This document shows, piece by piece, positions 29,206 to 38,490 of a DNA stretch of 64,000 nt. The stretch comes from Nitrosopumilus sp. (GTDB lineage: Archaea > Thermoproteota > Nitrososphaeria > Nitrososphaerales > Nitrosopumilaceae): NCBI GenBank assembly GCA_963662625.1, contig OY759726.1:768001-832000 (forward strand), written 5' to 3'. A program made the position numbers and the translations under genes. Numbering within the stretch: the stretch's first letter is position 1; every line of letters starts with the position of its first letter. The notes beneath the pieces are model-generated. The model was not told where the DNA came from. It saw only the letters and a list, made by a program, of their open reading frames with translations, and ran no database searches.

Positions 29206-30045
29206 TCAGGCCAGCTCCCTCGCCTTTCTTATGTTGCCAAAGTCGTCCCTGACGTCGTCGATCGGAGTCTCGAGTATCACCGGGATGCCGTTCTTGTTTG
29301 CCGTCCTTATCACGGCGGCGAGGCCCTCCTCGCCGATGCCCCCGAGGCCGATGTGGTAGTGCCTGTCGAGGTTGCAGCCAAGCTCCCCCCTGGCGTCGTT
29401 GAGGTGGATTATCTTCAGGTGCCTCATCCCCACCAGCCTGTCAAACTCCGCAAACGTGTCCCTCACGCCCTGCTCGGTCCTCAGGTCATAGCCCGCGACA
29501 AACGCGTGGCACGTGTCCAGGCAGACGCCGAACCTCCCCTCCGGCCCCAGCTGGCCGAATATCTCCGCGAGTTGCTCGAACTTCGAGCCGACCGAGTTCT
29601 TCTGCCCGGCGGTGTTTTCCAGCAGGATCATCACGTCTGCCTCGGTCCGCCCCGCCTCCGTGAGCCCCCGCACGAGGCGGCGTATCCCCCCCTCCTCGCC
29701 CGTGCCCAGGTGGCTCCCCAGGTGCGTCACCAGGTACGGGATGCCCAGCTGCCCGCACCGTTCCACCTCGCCCACGATGGTCCTGACCGACTTTTCAAAG
29801 CCGTCCTCCTTCGGGGTGGCCAGGTTGGGCAGGTACGGCATGTGGGCGCACGTCGCCATCCTGTCAATCCCGCTGGCCTCCAGCTTCGCCCTGAATTCGG
29901 ACACGTCCCCGTCGGTGAGGGCCTTTGCGTGCCAGCCCCTCGGGTTCCTCGTGAAGATCTGGAACGCGGAGCAGCCCCTTTCAACCGCGTTGTCCACGGC
30001 CCTGTCGATAGAGCCCGAGATTGAGACGTGGCACCCGACCTGCAT
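29206..30045 (-). CDS. nfo: endonuclease IV
   Basis: HMPYLPNL, ENTAG, DTCH, HLND, DRH and LETP motifs. Confidence 0.96.
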   Translation of the reverse strand: MQVGCHVSISGSIDRAVDNAVERGCSAFQIFTRNPRGWHAKALTDGDVSEFRAKLEASGIDRMATCAHMPYLPNLATPKEDGFEKSVRTIVGEVERCGQLGIPYLVTHLGSHLGTGEEGGIRRLVRGLTEAGRTEADVMILLENTAGQKNSVGSKFEQLAEIFGQLGPEGRFGVCLDTCHAFVAGYDLRTEQGVRDTFAEFDRLVGMRHLKIIHLNDARGELGCNLDRHYHIGLGGIGEEGLAAVIRTANKNGIPVILETPIDDVRDDFGNIRKARELA

Positions 30046-30112
30046 GGTTGACCGTACTTCCTAAACATAATTTAAACCAGCATCCGCGGGCCGAAACCAG
30101 ACTTTTAAGTGA

Positions 30113-31165
30113 ATGGTGCAGAACAGTACCATGCTCGAATTGGGCCAGGACGAGATGGCAAAATACCCGTTCCTGGCGGACGCCGGGCAGTACCTCAAGG
30201 ACAAGGGGTTCCGCCTGGAGCAGTTCGGGACGGATCCGGACCTGAAGATGCTCGTCGACAGGGCCTTCGAGAGGATCCGCGCGGCCGCAGACGGCCAGGT
30301 ATACGGGTCCGACCTGGTCAACGACCAGGCCTCGAAGGAGTCCGTGCTGCCGAGGGAGGTCTTCTCGTTTCTTCTTGCCATAGTCCTGCTGAAGCTGTGC
30401 GGCATGGCCACGCTCGTGCGGCGGTTCGCGCTTGCGGAGGCGCGGCGCGCCGAAAGGTACCTGGAACGGGACCTGGCAGACGTGCGCGACGAGTCCAAGA
30501 AGGAGCTCGCGATACGGATAATCCACGACCTCTTCTCGGTCAGGGTAAGCAAGCAGGACGGCTTTTTCGTGATGCCGGTCCCCGACTACCTCAAGCACTC
30601 GGTTCACTTCCACGAGCGGGTCTGGAAGCTCGTCAACAGGCACGTCGACGGCGGCATGGTGTTTCTCAACCCGCACGAGACGGTCAGGCTGATCAGGAAG
30701 GAGCTGGGCATCTACATAAGCTCCAAGATCAACGGCGCCGCGACGCCCGGGATGATCCCCGGCCTCGAGGGGCACGTGGGCATGCTGGTCACCATCTCGA
30801 AGAGGTTCGCGGCCGCCCCGGTGGCCACCGGGGAGTACCCGCCGTGCATAAAGCACGCGATCGGGGTGCTCGAGAAGGGGGAGAACCTGCCCCATTCCGG
30901 AAGGTTCATGCTCGCGACGTTCCTGCTTGCCAGGGGGCAGTCGGTCGAGCAGATCGCGCCCCTGTTCAAGAACGCGCCGGACTACAGCGAGAAGATCACC
31001 CTCTACCAGCTCAACCACCTGGCGGGGGGATCGGGAAGCGGGACGCGGTACTACTGCCCGTCGTGCGAGAAGATCAAGACGCAGAACCACTGCTATGCGG
31101 TCCCCGAATGCGACGGCATCACGTCGCCCCTCAAGTTTGCGGGGAAGAAGGGCCATGCGGGGTAG
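30113..31165 (+). CDS. priL: DNA primase large subunit
   Basis: YPFL, PPCI, H..RF, Y..PSC and Fe-S cysteines. Confidence 0.93.
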   Translation: MVQNSTMLELGQDEMAKYPFLADAGQYLKDKGFRLEQFGTDPDLKMLVDRAFERIRAAADGQVYGSDLVNDQASKESVLPREVFSFLLAIVLLKLCGMATLVRRFALAEARRAERYLERDLADVRDESKKELAIRIIHDLFSVRVSKQDGFFVMPVPDYLKHSVHFHERVWKLVNRHVDGGMVFLNPHETVRLIRKELGIYISSKINGAATPGMIPGLEGHVGMLVTISKRFAAAPVATGEYPPCIKHAIGVLEKGENLPHSGRFMLATFLLARGQSVEQIAPLFKNAPDYSEKITLYQLNHLAGGSGSGTRYYCPSCEKIKTQNHCYAVPECDGITSPLKFAGKKGHAG

Positions 31166-32273
31166 CGAGGCCAGGTTCCTGGAAGCCTCCTTCAAAAAGT
31201 ACTACTTTGACCACTTTGACCTGGTCTGCGTCCCGGACAGCACGCCCGAGCGCGAGTTCGGGTACCAGAAGTTCGGTTCCGGCATGACACGCCACATATC
31301 GCTCAAGGACGACCGCGAGCTGCGCCTGCTGCTGATGAAGAACGTCCCCTCCGACGTCTACTGCTCCAACGCCCGCTACCTGTTCCCGAACATGCCCATG
31401 AGGGAGAAGGAGTGGAAGGGCGCCGACCTCATCTTCGACATCGACGCGAAGGACCTGGATCTGGACTGCAGGGCGGGCCACACCGCGGCCCTGTGCAACG
31501 ACTGCGGCGGCGCCTCCGCCCCCGGGCCGCGGTGCCCAAAGTGTGGCTCGGCGAGGCTGGAGCCCAGGTCCCTCCCCTGCAAGGACTGCATCGGCGCGGC
31601 AAAGGCCCAGGTCAGGGGCCTCGAGGAGATCCTGGTCGGGGACCTCGCGGCCGATCCGGACGACATCCGCGTCTATTTCTCGGGCAACGAGGGCTTCCAC
31701 GTCTACGTGCACAACTCCGGGTTCTACGAGAGCGGCTCCATGGAGAGGTCCGAGCTGGCAGACTATATCATGTTCAGGGGCCCGGTCCCGGAGACCTTTG
31801 GCATGAAGAAGAGCAGGCCTGACAGGGCATCGTTTCCCGAGATCGGCGAGCGCGGGTGGCGGGGCAGGTTTGCCAGGGAGGCCTTCGGTTCCAAATCGAG
31901 GCGGCCGAAGGCCATATCGGAACTGGTCGCGGCCGGCTACCAGTCCTTCCAGGGCACCCTCGACGGCCTCTCTGCCAAGATGGGCATCAGGATCGATCCC
32001 GGCGTGACCATGGACATCCACAGGATATTCAGGCTCCCCGGCTCGATAAACAGCAAGAGCGGCATGTCCAAGATCCCCTGCAAGGATCTCGACAGCTTTG
32101 ATCCGTACGTAGATGCGGCCCTGCTCTCCGACGAGACGGTGGAGGTGAGCGCAAGCTGCCCCCGGTTCAGGCTGAGGAACAAAAAGTTCGGGCCGTACGA
32201 GGACGAGGTGGCGACGGTGCCGACATATGCCGCCGCGTACATGATTTGCAAGAAACTGGCCAAAATCCCCTAA
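31155..32273 (+). CDS. priS: DNA primase small subunit
   Basis: REFG, LIFDIDAKD, FSGNEGFH and D..VT.D..R..RLPGS; internal Zn-ribbon insert. Confidence 0.95.
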   Translation: MRGSEARFLEASFKKYYFDHFDLVCVPDSTPEREFGYQKFGSGMTRHISLKDDRELRLLLMKNVPSDVYCSNARYLFPNMPMREKEWKGADLIFDIDAKDLDLDCRAGHTAALCNDCGGASAPGPRCPKCGSARLEPRSLPCKDCIGAAKAQVRGLEEILVGDLAADPDDIRVYFSGNEGFHVYVHNSGFYESGSMERSELADYIMFRGPVPETFGMKKSRPDRASFPEIGERGWRGRFAREAFGSKSRRPKAISELVAAGYQSFQGTLDGLSAKMGIRIDPGVTMDIHRIFRLPGSINSKSGMSKIPCKDLDSFDPYVDAALLSDETVEVSASCPRFRLRNKKFGPYEDEVATVPTYAAAYMICKKLAKIP

Positions 32274-32387
32274 ATTTGCATGATGCGGGTTTGAAACGGC
32301 CAAGATCTGGCCGGCCGCCGGCTCCCGGAAGGGGCGCCCCGCCGCGTCGTGCTGGTAAGACATTAATTTGCCAAACCACAACAAACG

Positions 32388-35243
32388 TTGGTTTTGTATA
32401 GCGCCGCTACTGACAAGCAAGCTCCGCCACCCGACGCGGGCAAATACATACGCATAGGCATAGTCGCGCTGATTGCCATAGTCATATTCACCGTTGCCGC
32501 CAACCAGGCGGTCATCCTCTCCATGAACTTTACCGAGTTTGGCGAGCAGTTCGCAAAGCCGCTCTACTACACCCTGGCGTCAAGCGTGATACTGGCGGCG
32601 ATATCCCTCGTCCGGGTCAACGTGGCGGGCAGGTCCTCGATCTTCTGGTACGGGATCAACGCCATGATAGGGTTCATCGGGAGGGGCGGCCAGCAGGCGG
32701 TCTCCTCGAACATCCCCAGCCTGGGGGACTACAAGCTCGGCCCCGTGCAGTTCGTCGTCTGGCAGGTGACCAAGATCCTCCTGTTCGGGGCGTTCTTCGC
32801 GAACATCATGTTCGGCTTTGCGGCGATGGAGTTCTTTGGCGGGAACAGCCTCGGGATAGAGAGCCTGCCGACGCTGTTCACGCTGCCCTTCGTGCAGCCC
32901 CCGATCGACCCGTCCAACGCGGCGGACACCGTGATCCCGATGATCCCGGTGCTGGTGATCCTGATACCGCCCATACTGGCTGCGATAGGCCTGAGGCTGG
33001 TCCTGTACGTGGGCGTCCACAGGATCATCGGCGTCATCACCTCGTACATGAAGGACTCCCGCGAGGGGCAGCCGCGCTACCTCAACTACGTCTCCACGAT
33101 CGAGGCGCTGGCCGGGATAGGCGTGATCTGGGCCGGGTTCAACCTGTTCTTCACCAACCAGATAGACTACAACACCAAGTACGTGATAGCCGGCGTCCTG
33201 GTCATAGGGTTCGCCCTGATCGGCTTCTCGGTGGTCGACAGGCTGCGCGCCCGGGTCCTGACCCACATGTTCAAGCGGGACGTCTACATCAGGTTCCTGA
33301 CGATCATCGTGATCGCGATCATCGTGTTTGCCATCGTGGAGGTGAACAGGAGCATCGCGGACGCCAAGAAGGTCGAGTTCCTGGGCCCGTACACCGCGCA
33401 GCAGATAGGCGTGAACAGGCACCTGGGCCAGTTGGACCAGGTCGTGCAAAACGTCCACGACGTCGAGCTGCAGTCGATCTCCCCGAACAACATAGACAGG
33501 TACGTAGGCCAGAACAGCGACGTGCTCGACGTGGTCAGGGTGTGGGACTGGGAGGCCGCGTTTGCCAAGCTAAAGCCGGAGATCGGCCTGATACCCTATG
33601 TCGACTTTGAGGACAACGACATCCTCCGCTTCAACAACACCCTGTACTGGACGGCCTCGATGAAGCCGATACTGCCCACCGCGGTGAGCGCGGAAAACCA
33701 GTGGTATAACGAGCACTTGGTGTACACGCACGTCCCCGAGGGGTTCCTGACGCTGGAGGCCACCGACGGCCAGATCGTGGACAGCAGCGAGTTCTTCAAG
33801 CAGCGGGAGATCTACTACGGCGAGGGCGGGCTCTTCGAGTCCACCTGGTCGGGATACCCGACCCAGCGCGAGACCAGCGCGGAGCTGGGCGGGGCGGCGT
33901 ACGACGGGGACGGGGGCCTGGACATAGCCCCGCCGCTGAGCTGGATCTTCGAGCCCAACTTCCTGCTCTCGTTCCCCACGGAGCCGGTCCACATCATGCG
34001 GTACAAGGACGTCAACGACAGGATGGAGGCGCTCTACCCGTACTTCCTTTACGACCTGTTCGGCAGGGAGCTCGACTCCCTTCCCGTTACCGACGGCGAG
34101 AACTCCTACTGGCTGATCCCGCTGATCATCGGCTTTGACACGCACAACGTCCCGTGGTCGATAGGAAACCCGTACCTCCGCCTGGTGGGCTACGCCCTGG
34201 TGGACTCGCACGACGGCGGCATACAGCTGCTGAAGACGGGCGACGACTTTTTCACCGAGATGTTCGCCAACCAGTACTCCAAGCAGTTCGTCCCGATACC
34301 CGCGTGGCTCGAGGAGCAGATCAGGTACCCCGTCGAGCTGTTCAACTGGAAGACTGAGATGTACAACATCTACCACGTGACCGACGCCGAGACCTTCATC
34401 CAGGCCAACGAGTTTTACGAGATCCCGACGGGCCTCGAGACGTACTATGTCGAGGCAAAGCCGATAGGCTTTGAGCAGACCGAGTTCCTGGGCCTGCTGT
34501 CCCTGGAACTCAAGGGCTCCCAGGGGAGGAACCTTGCCGGGTACATGGTGGTCGAAAACGACCTGACCAACCTCGGGAACATGCAGTTCTTCGAGGTGCC
34601 GCTCAACTCCACCACCAAGCTGATAGGCCCGACGGCCGTCAGGGAGGCGCTGGACAGGGACCCGGAGTTCGCCCAGCTCAAGACGCTGCTGAGGAACCCC
34701 AGGATCGGCGACAACATACTGTACAGGGTGGGGGAGCACGACGTCTACTTCATTCCCGTCTACACCGCGGGCGCCGGCGGCGTGGTGGCCCAGCTGGGCA
34801 CGATCGCCGCGGTGGGCGCGGCGTTCACCGGGGAGTACTACGTGGGCCTGGGCAACACCCAGGAGGAGGCGTTCGAGGCGTACCTGAAGAAGGTCTCGGG
34901 GATCGTGGCCCCGTCGGCATCGGCCGAGGAGGTCCAGACGCTCGGCAAGGTGGACAGGATCAACATCGTCAGGTCGTCGTTTACGGACGAGGGGATCGAG
35001 ATACTGGAACCCACGTCGATCCAGGTGCCGCTGTCGTTCAACGAGGGGGAGATGTTCTTCTTCACGGAGAACGACAGGGGCGACACGGAGTCGTTCCTGG
35101 CCCAGTTCATCGCGGACTTTGTAAAGCCGAGGAGCGAGCACGTGTTCCTGTGGGAGGACGAGGACGGCCTCAACATCGGGACCATAGTGGTGCGCGACGG
35201 GATACCGGAGATGCACTACGTCTCGATCGAGGTAGGCGACTAG
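32388..35243 (+). CDS. UPF0182 family membrane protein
   Basis: N-terminal multi-TM region followed by a large soluble domain (R.WD, HLVYTH, IYYGE). Confidence 0.85.
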   Translation: MVLYSAATDKQAPPPDAGKYIRIGIVALIAIVIFTVAANQAVILSMNFTEFGEQFAKPLYYTLASSVILAAISLVRVNVAGRSSIFWYGINAMIGFIGRGGQQAVSSNIPSLGDYKLGPVQFVVWQVTKILLFGAFFANIMFGFAAMEFFGGNSLGIESLPTLFTLPFVQPPIDPSNAADTVIPMIPVLVILIPPILAAIGLRLVLYVGVHRIIGVITSYMKDSREGQPRYLNYVSTIEALAGIGVIWAGFNLFFTNQIDYNTKYVIAGVLVIGFALIGFSVVDRLRARVLTHMFKRDVYIRFLTIIVIAIIVFAIVEVNRSIADAKKVEFLGPYTAQQIGVNRHLGQLDQVVQNVHDVELQSISPNNIDRYVGQNSDVLDVVRVWDWEAAFAKLKPEIGLIPYVDFEDNDILRFNNTLYWTASMKPILPTAVSAENQWYNEHLVYTHVPEGFLTLEATDGQIVDSSEFFKQREIYYGEGGLFESTWSGYPTQRETSAELGGAAYDGDGGLDIAPPLSWIFEPNFLLSFPTEPVHIMRYKDVNDRMEALYPYFLYDLFGRELDSLPVTDGENSYWLIPLIIGFDTHNVPWSIGNPYLRLVGYALVDSHDGGIQLLKTGDDFFTEMFANQYSKQFVPIPAWLEEQIRYPVELFNWKTEMYNIYHVTDAETFIQANEFYEIPTGLETYYVEAKPIGFEQTEFLGLLSLELKGSQGRNLAGYMVVENDLTNLGNMQFFEVPLNSTTKLIGPTAVREALDRDPEFAQLKTLLRNPRIGDNILYRVGEHDVYFIPVYTAGAGGVVAQLGTIAAVGAAFTGEYYVGLGNTQEEAFEAYLKKVSGIVAPSASAEEVQTLGKVDRINIVRSSFTDEGIEILEPTSIQVPLSFNEGEMFFFTENDRGDTESFLAQFIADFVKPRSEHVFLWEDEDGLNIGTIVVRDGIPEMHYVSIEVGD

Positions 35244-35786
35244 TTGCTGCTGGTAGTCGACAACGGCTCGGCATACACCGGGGACCTGGCCGGGTTCCTG
35301 GGCCGGCGGGGGATCCCGTTCGAGAGGCGGGATCCGGGCTCCCTGGATCCCCGGTCCCTGGGCGGCTTTGACTCCTTCATCCTCTCCGGGCGCAGGCGCA
35401 ACGACAAGAGGACCAACATGGTCAACTCCCGGGCGGTCCTGCACGCGGTCGAGTGCGGCAAGAAGCTGCTCGGGATATGCTACGGCGCGGAGATGCTGGC
35501 GCTGGCGCTGGGGGGGACGATAAGGAGGTCGGCGGCGCCCCGGAGGGGGGGCCAGAAGGTCACCGTCCTCAGGCCAAACCCGCTGTGTGCCGGCGAGGTC
35601 GACGTCTTTGAGAGCCACGCGTTTGAGATCTCGGCCCTGCCCGGGCGGCTGGTCCCGATTGCCGCGTCCGGCGACTGCGAGCACGAGATGATCCGGTACG
35701 GCCGCAGGCCGATATTCGGCACCCAGTTCCACCCCGAGATGTCCGCAGACGGCCGCAGGATGATAGAGCGCTTCTGCCGCCTATGA
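35244..35786 (+). CDS. stand-alone class I glutamine amidotransferase
   Basis: DNGS, GICYG and QFHPE catalytic triad. Confidence 0.9.
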   Translation: MLLVVDNGSAYTGDLAGFLGRRGIPFERRDPGSLDPRSLGGFDSFILSGRRRNDKRTNMVNSRAVLHAVECGKKLLGICYGAEMLALALGGTIRRSAAPRRGGQKVTVLRPNPLCAGEVDVFESHAFEISALPGRLVPIAASGDCEHEMIRYGRRPIFGTQFHPEMSADGRRMIERFCRL

Positions 35787-35816
35787 TATTAATAACTCCG
35801 CGGGGCTCAACCCGGT

Positions 35817-36770
35817 GTGGAACCGTCCGAACACGAGCTCCTCCTGCCGCTGGTGGAGGAGGAGAACCCGTGCCTGCCGCTGCCGATCAACGTGGTCTCT
35901 AGGTACTGGAACGTGGAGATGCCGATGGCCGAGGCGGCCGCCAACGCCAAGAGGTATCCCGGCTTTGCGGGAAGCATCCTGATCGAGGGGATCGAGCTTG
36001 CCGAGAGGCACGGCCTGGCGTGCAGGATCGTCCACTCTACGCTGCCCGGCCTGAAGAAGGCGGTGGACGCGGGGGTTCCGCCCATAGTCATACTTCCCGG
36101 GATCCCGGAGATCACCCAGCACGCCTCCGTGGTCTCGGGATATGACGACGGCGCCGTCTTCCACTACGTCCAGAAGGGGGCCGAGGGGGGCCAGCGGCAG
36201 GAGGGCGCCATCCCACACGGCGTCTTTGACAGGGAATGGTCCGAGGACGGGCGGCTGATGATGGTCCTGGCGCCGCCCGGCACGGTCTCGGCACTAGGCT
36301 TGGACGGGCCAGACGCCGACGCAAACAGGCTGTGCCTGGCCTCAGAGCGCCAGAACATCCAGAAGGACCACACCGCGGCGCTCGGCTCGCTGAAGAAGGC
36401 GCTGGAGCTGAGCCCCACAAACCCCACGGCGCTGCAGATGTTCGGCGCGATGCTGAACGAGCACGGCTCGGGCGGCTGCGTCGAGTTTTACGAGAGGTGC
36501 CTCGACGTCAACGGGCGATGCTACCTCGCGTACAACGGGCTTGGAAACTACTACCTGAAGGCCGGCAAGTTCGACGCCGCGGAGTCCTTTTACACCAAGG
36601 CGATCGAGACCAACCCCAAGAGGTCCGCCAAGATCTACAAGAACCGGGCGTACCTGAGGGAGAAGCAGGGGAAGAACTCCCAGGCAAGGGACGACCTGAA
36701 GACGTACCTCAAGATGTCCCCCGGGGCCCGGGACAGGGGCGCGATAGAGCAGGCCGTGCGGGAGCTGTAG
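35817..36770 (+). CDS. C39-like cysteine peptidase domain plus TPR repeats
   Basis: N-terminal C...YW and HASVVSGYD; C-terminal TPRs (AYNGLGNYY, IYKNRA). Confidence 0.75.
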   Translation: MEPSEHELLLPLVEEENPCLPLPINVVSRYWNVEMPMAEAAANAKRYPGFAGSILIEGIELAERHGLACRIVHSTLPGLKKAVDAGVPPIVILPGIPEITQHASVVSGYDDGAVFHYVQKGAEGGQRQEGAIPHGVFDREWSEDGRLMMVLAPPGTVSALGLDGPDADANRLCLASERQNIQKDHTAALGSLKKALELSPTNPTALQMFGAMLNEHGSGGCVEFYERCLDVNGRCYLAYNGLGNYYLKAGKFDAAESFYTKAIETNPKRSAKIYKNRAYLREKQGKNSQARDDLKTYLKMSPGARDRGAIEQAVREL

Positions 36771-36826
36771 GCGGCGGGCCGGGGGTCCCTGCTAGGTATT
36801 TATGGTTGGCCAGCAGGACAACCCCC

Positions 36827-37027
36827 GTGTCCGAGGAGAAGGGAAGGAGGTTCCTGGAGCTTGTCAACGAGCAGAACGGCCTGCAGCTGCGCATGGTCGG
36901 CAGCCTGGCGAGGCTGGTCCGGTCTGGCTGGGACTCGGCGGAGATCAGGGCCGAGCTGGAATCCCTCGTGGAGAGGCACGCGGAGATCACCAGGGAGATC
37001 AACTGCCTGGACGGCGGCTCCCTATAG
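36827..37027 (+). CDS. small helical hypothetical protein
   Basis: VSEEKGRRFLELVNEQ... amphipathic ORF downstream of TATA-like tattta. Confidence 0.65.
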   Translation: MSEEKGRRFLELVNEQNGLQLRMVGSLARLVRSGWDSAEIRAELESLVERHAEITREINCLDGGSL

Positions 37028-37951
37028 CGCAGAGTCCACCATCAGCGCGATGAACAGCACGGCCAGGTAGGGGCTCGAGAACTTGAAGAGGGTCCACGAG
37101 GCCCTCTCCATGGGCCTTGCGACCACCCATAGCGACAGGGCCACCATCAGCGCCCCTGACGCCAGCGCGGTCCACAGGTACACGGAGCCCACCGCGGACC
37201 CCCCAGCCTCCGTGGCCAGGAAGAACGGCACGACCGAGAACAGCACCATCACGAGGGTCGACCCGGCGATCGCCCTGGCAGAGGTCTTCTCGGACTGGAC
37301 CGCGGTCAGCATCGGGACGTCCACCTTGTTGTAGTCGTCCTTGAAGTGGAGCGTCAGAGCCCAGATGTGCATTGGGATCCAGATGAAGACCAGGCCGGCC
37401 ATCGCGAGCCCCATGGTCCACAGGTCCGACGTGCCCACCGCGACCCACCCTATCATGGGCGGGGATCCCCCGCACAGGCCCCCGAGTATTATGTTAGTCC
37501 TGGAGCTGCGCTTCAGCGCGTAGGAGTAGACCAGCACGTTGTTCAGCAGCCCAAAGGCTATGAACGCGGCGGCCCACGCCCCCTGCTCCGGCGTGGTGGT
37601 AAGCGAGAGCCCGAGCGCCAGCGCCAGCGAGATTCCCGCGAGCGCCAGCCCGAAGTTCCTCGCCTTTTCGGCCGGGTGGATCCTCTTGGAGGGGAGCGGC
37701 CTCTTCTTGGTCCTCTCCATCACCGCGTCGATGTCCCTGTCGTGGTAGTTCGTCAGGGTGTTGGCGGCGGCGGAGCCGGCCGCGACCGAGAACAGCATGA
37801 GGCCCCAGGTGGCAGGCGAGATGTCGACGCCGTGGATGTTGGAGGCGGTCAGGGCGGCGCCAAACGCGGTGAATACCAGCAGGTACCAGATCTTGGGCTT
37901 TGTCAGCTCGTAGTATACGGCGATTCGGGACTCGGACTTTTGTCGCTGCAC
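37022..37951 (-). CDS. cyoE: protoheme IX farnesyltransferase (heme O synthase)
   Basis: LTKP, DRDID..MERT..RPLPS and W.PMHIW motifs. Confidence 0.96.
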   Translation of the reverse strand: MQRQKSESRIAVYYELTKPKIWYLLVFTAFGAALTASNIHGVDISPATWGLMLFSVAAGSAAANTLTNYHDRDIDAVMERTKKRPLPSKRIHPAEKARNFGLALAGISLALALGLSLTTTPEQGAWAAAFIAFGLLNNVLVYSYALKRSSRTNIILGGLCGGSPPMIGWVAVGTSDLWTMGLAMAGLVFIWIPMHIWALTLHFKDDYNKVDVPMLTAVQSEKTSARAIAGSTLVMVLFSVVPFFLATEAGGSAVGSVYLWTALASGALMVALSLWVVARPMERASWTLFKFSSPYLAVLFIALMVDSAL

Positions 37952-38421
37952 TACTCTTCACCCTCCTTGGCGGGAATATATGGCATTGTTTTCTCGCGGG
38001 ACTTCATCTCTATAAATGACTCTGAGGACTGGACTCCCTGGATCCTGCCTATCCTCTCGGACACGATCTTGTGCATCTGGTCCAGCGACTTTGAGTACAT
38101 GGTGACCAGGATGTCGAACCTGCCCGTGACCTCCACCACCTCCCTGACCCCGTCGATCTTGAAGAGCTCCTCTATTATGTGGTCCCTCCTCTTGGTGTCC
38201 ATGTTTATGCCGGTAAGCGCCTTGACGGTGTAGCCGAGCTCGCTGTCATTGACCACGATCGTGAAGCGCTCGATCAGCTTCCTCTTAACCAGCCGCTTGA
38301 CCCTGGAGTAGATTACCGACGAGTTCACGTCGATCTTCTTTGCAAGCTGCGGCACCGAGATCGAGGCGTCGCGCGAGAGCTCCGACAGGATCTGCAGGTC
38401 GAGCTCGTCTATCTTCGCCGT
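37951..38421 (-). CDS. Lrp/AsnC transcriptional regulator (apparent ACG start)
   Basis: HTH AKIDELDLQILSELSRDASIS...YSRVKRL and EVTGRFD; the frame begins TAA-ACG-GCG-AAG. Confidence 0.9.
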   Translation of the reverse strand, partial: TAKIDELDLQILSELSRDASISVPQLAKKIDVNSSVIYSRVKRLVKRKLIERFTIVVNDSELGYTVKALTGINMDTKRRDHIIEELFKIDGVREVVEVTGRFDILVTMYSKSLDQMHKIVSERIGRIQGVQSSESFIEMKSREKTMPYIPAKEGEE

Positions 38422-38468
38422 TTAGAACACCTAGTCATTATGGTTTTCTGGATCTTATAAAGCTATTA

Positions 38469-38483
38469 TTGTAAAAATTACAA
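38469..38483. promoter_or_regulatory. Lrp-type operator palindrome
   Basis: TTGTAA-AAA-TTACAA, just upstream of the minus-strand TATA (TTTATAAG, 38461-38454). Confidence 0.65.
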
Positions 38484-38490
38484 CAAATCC

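Noticed and set aside
31480-31600. Zn-ribbon insert in PriS as an intein or mobile insertion
   Set aside because: It is short and Cys-rich with no intein terminal motifs; Zn modules occur at this position in archaeal primases.
33570-35732. Long antisense ORFs (e.g. the 720-aa minus frame; also 12395-13726, 29981-31195, 48499-49788)
   Set aside because: These are shadows of real genes caused by high GC3 and stop-codon scarcity; they show no motifs.
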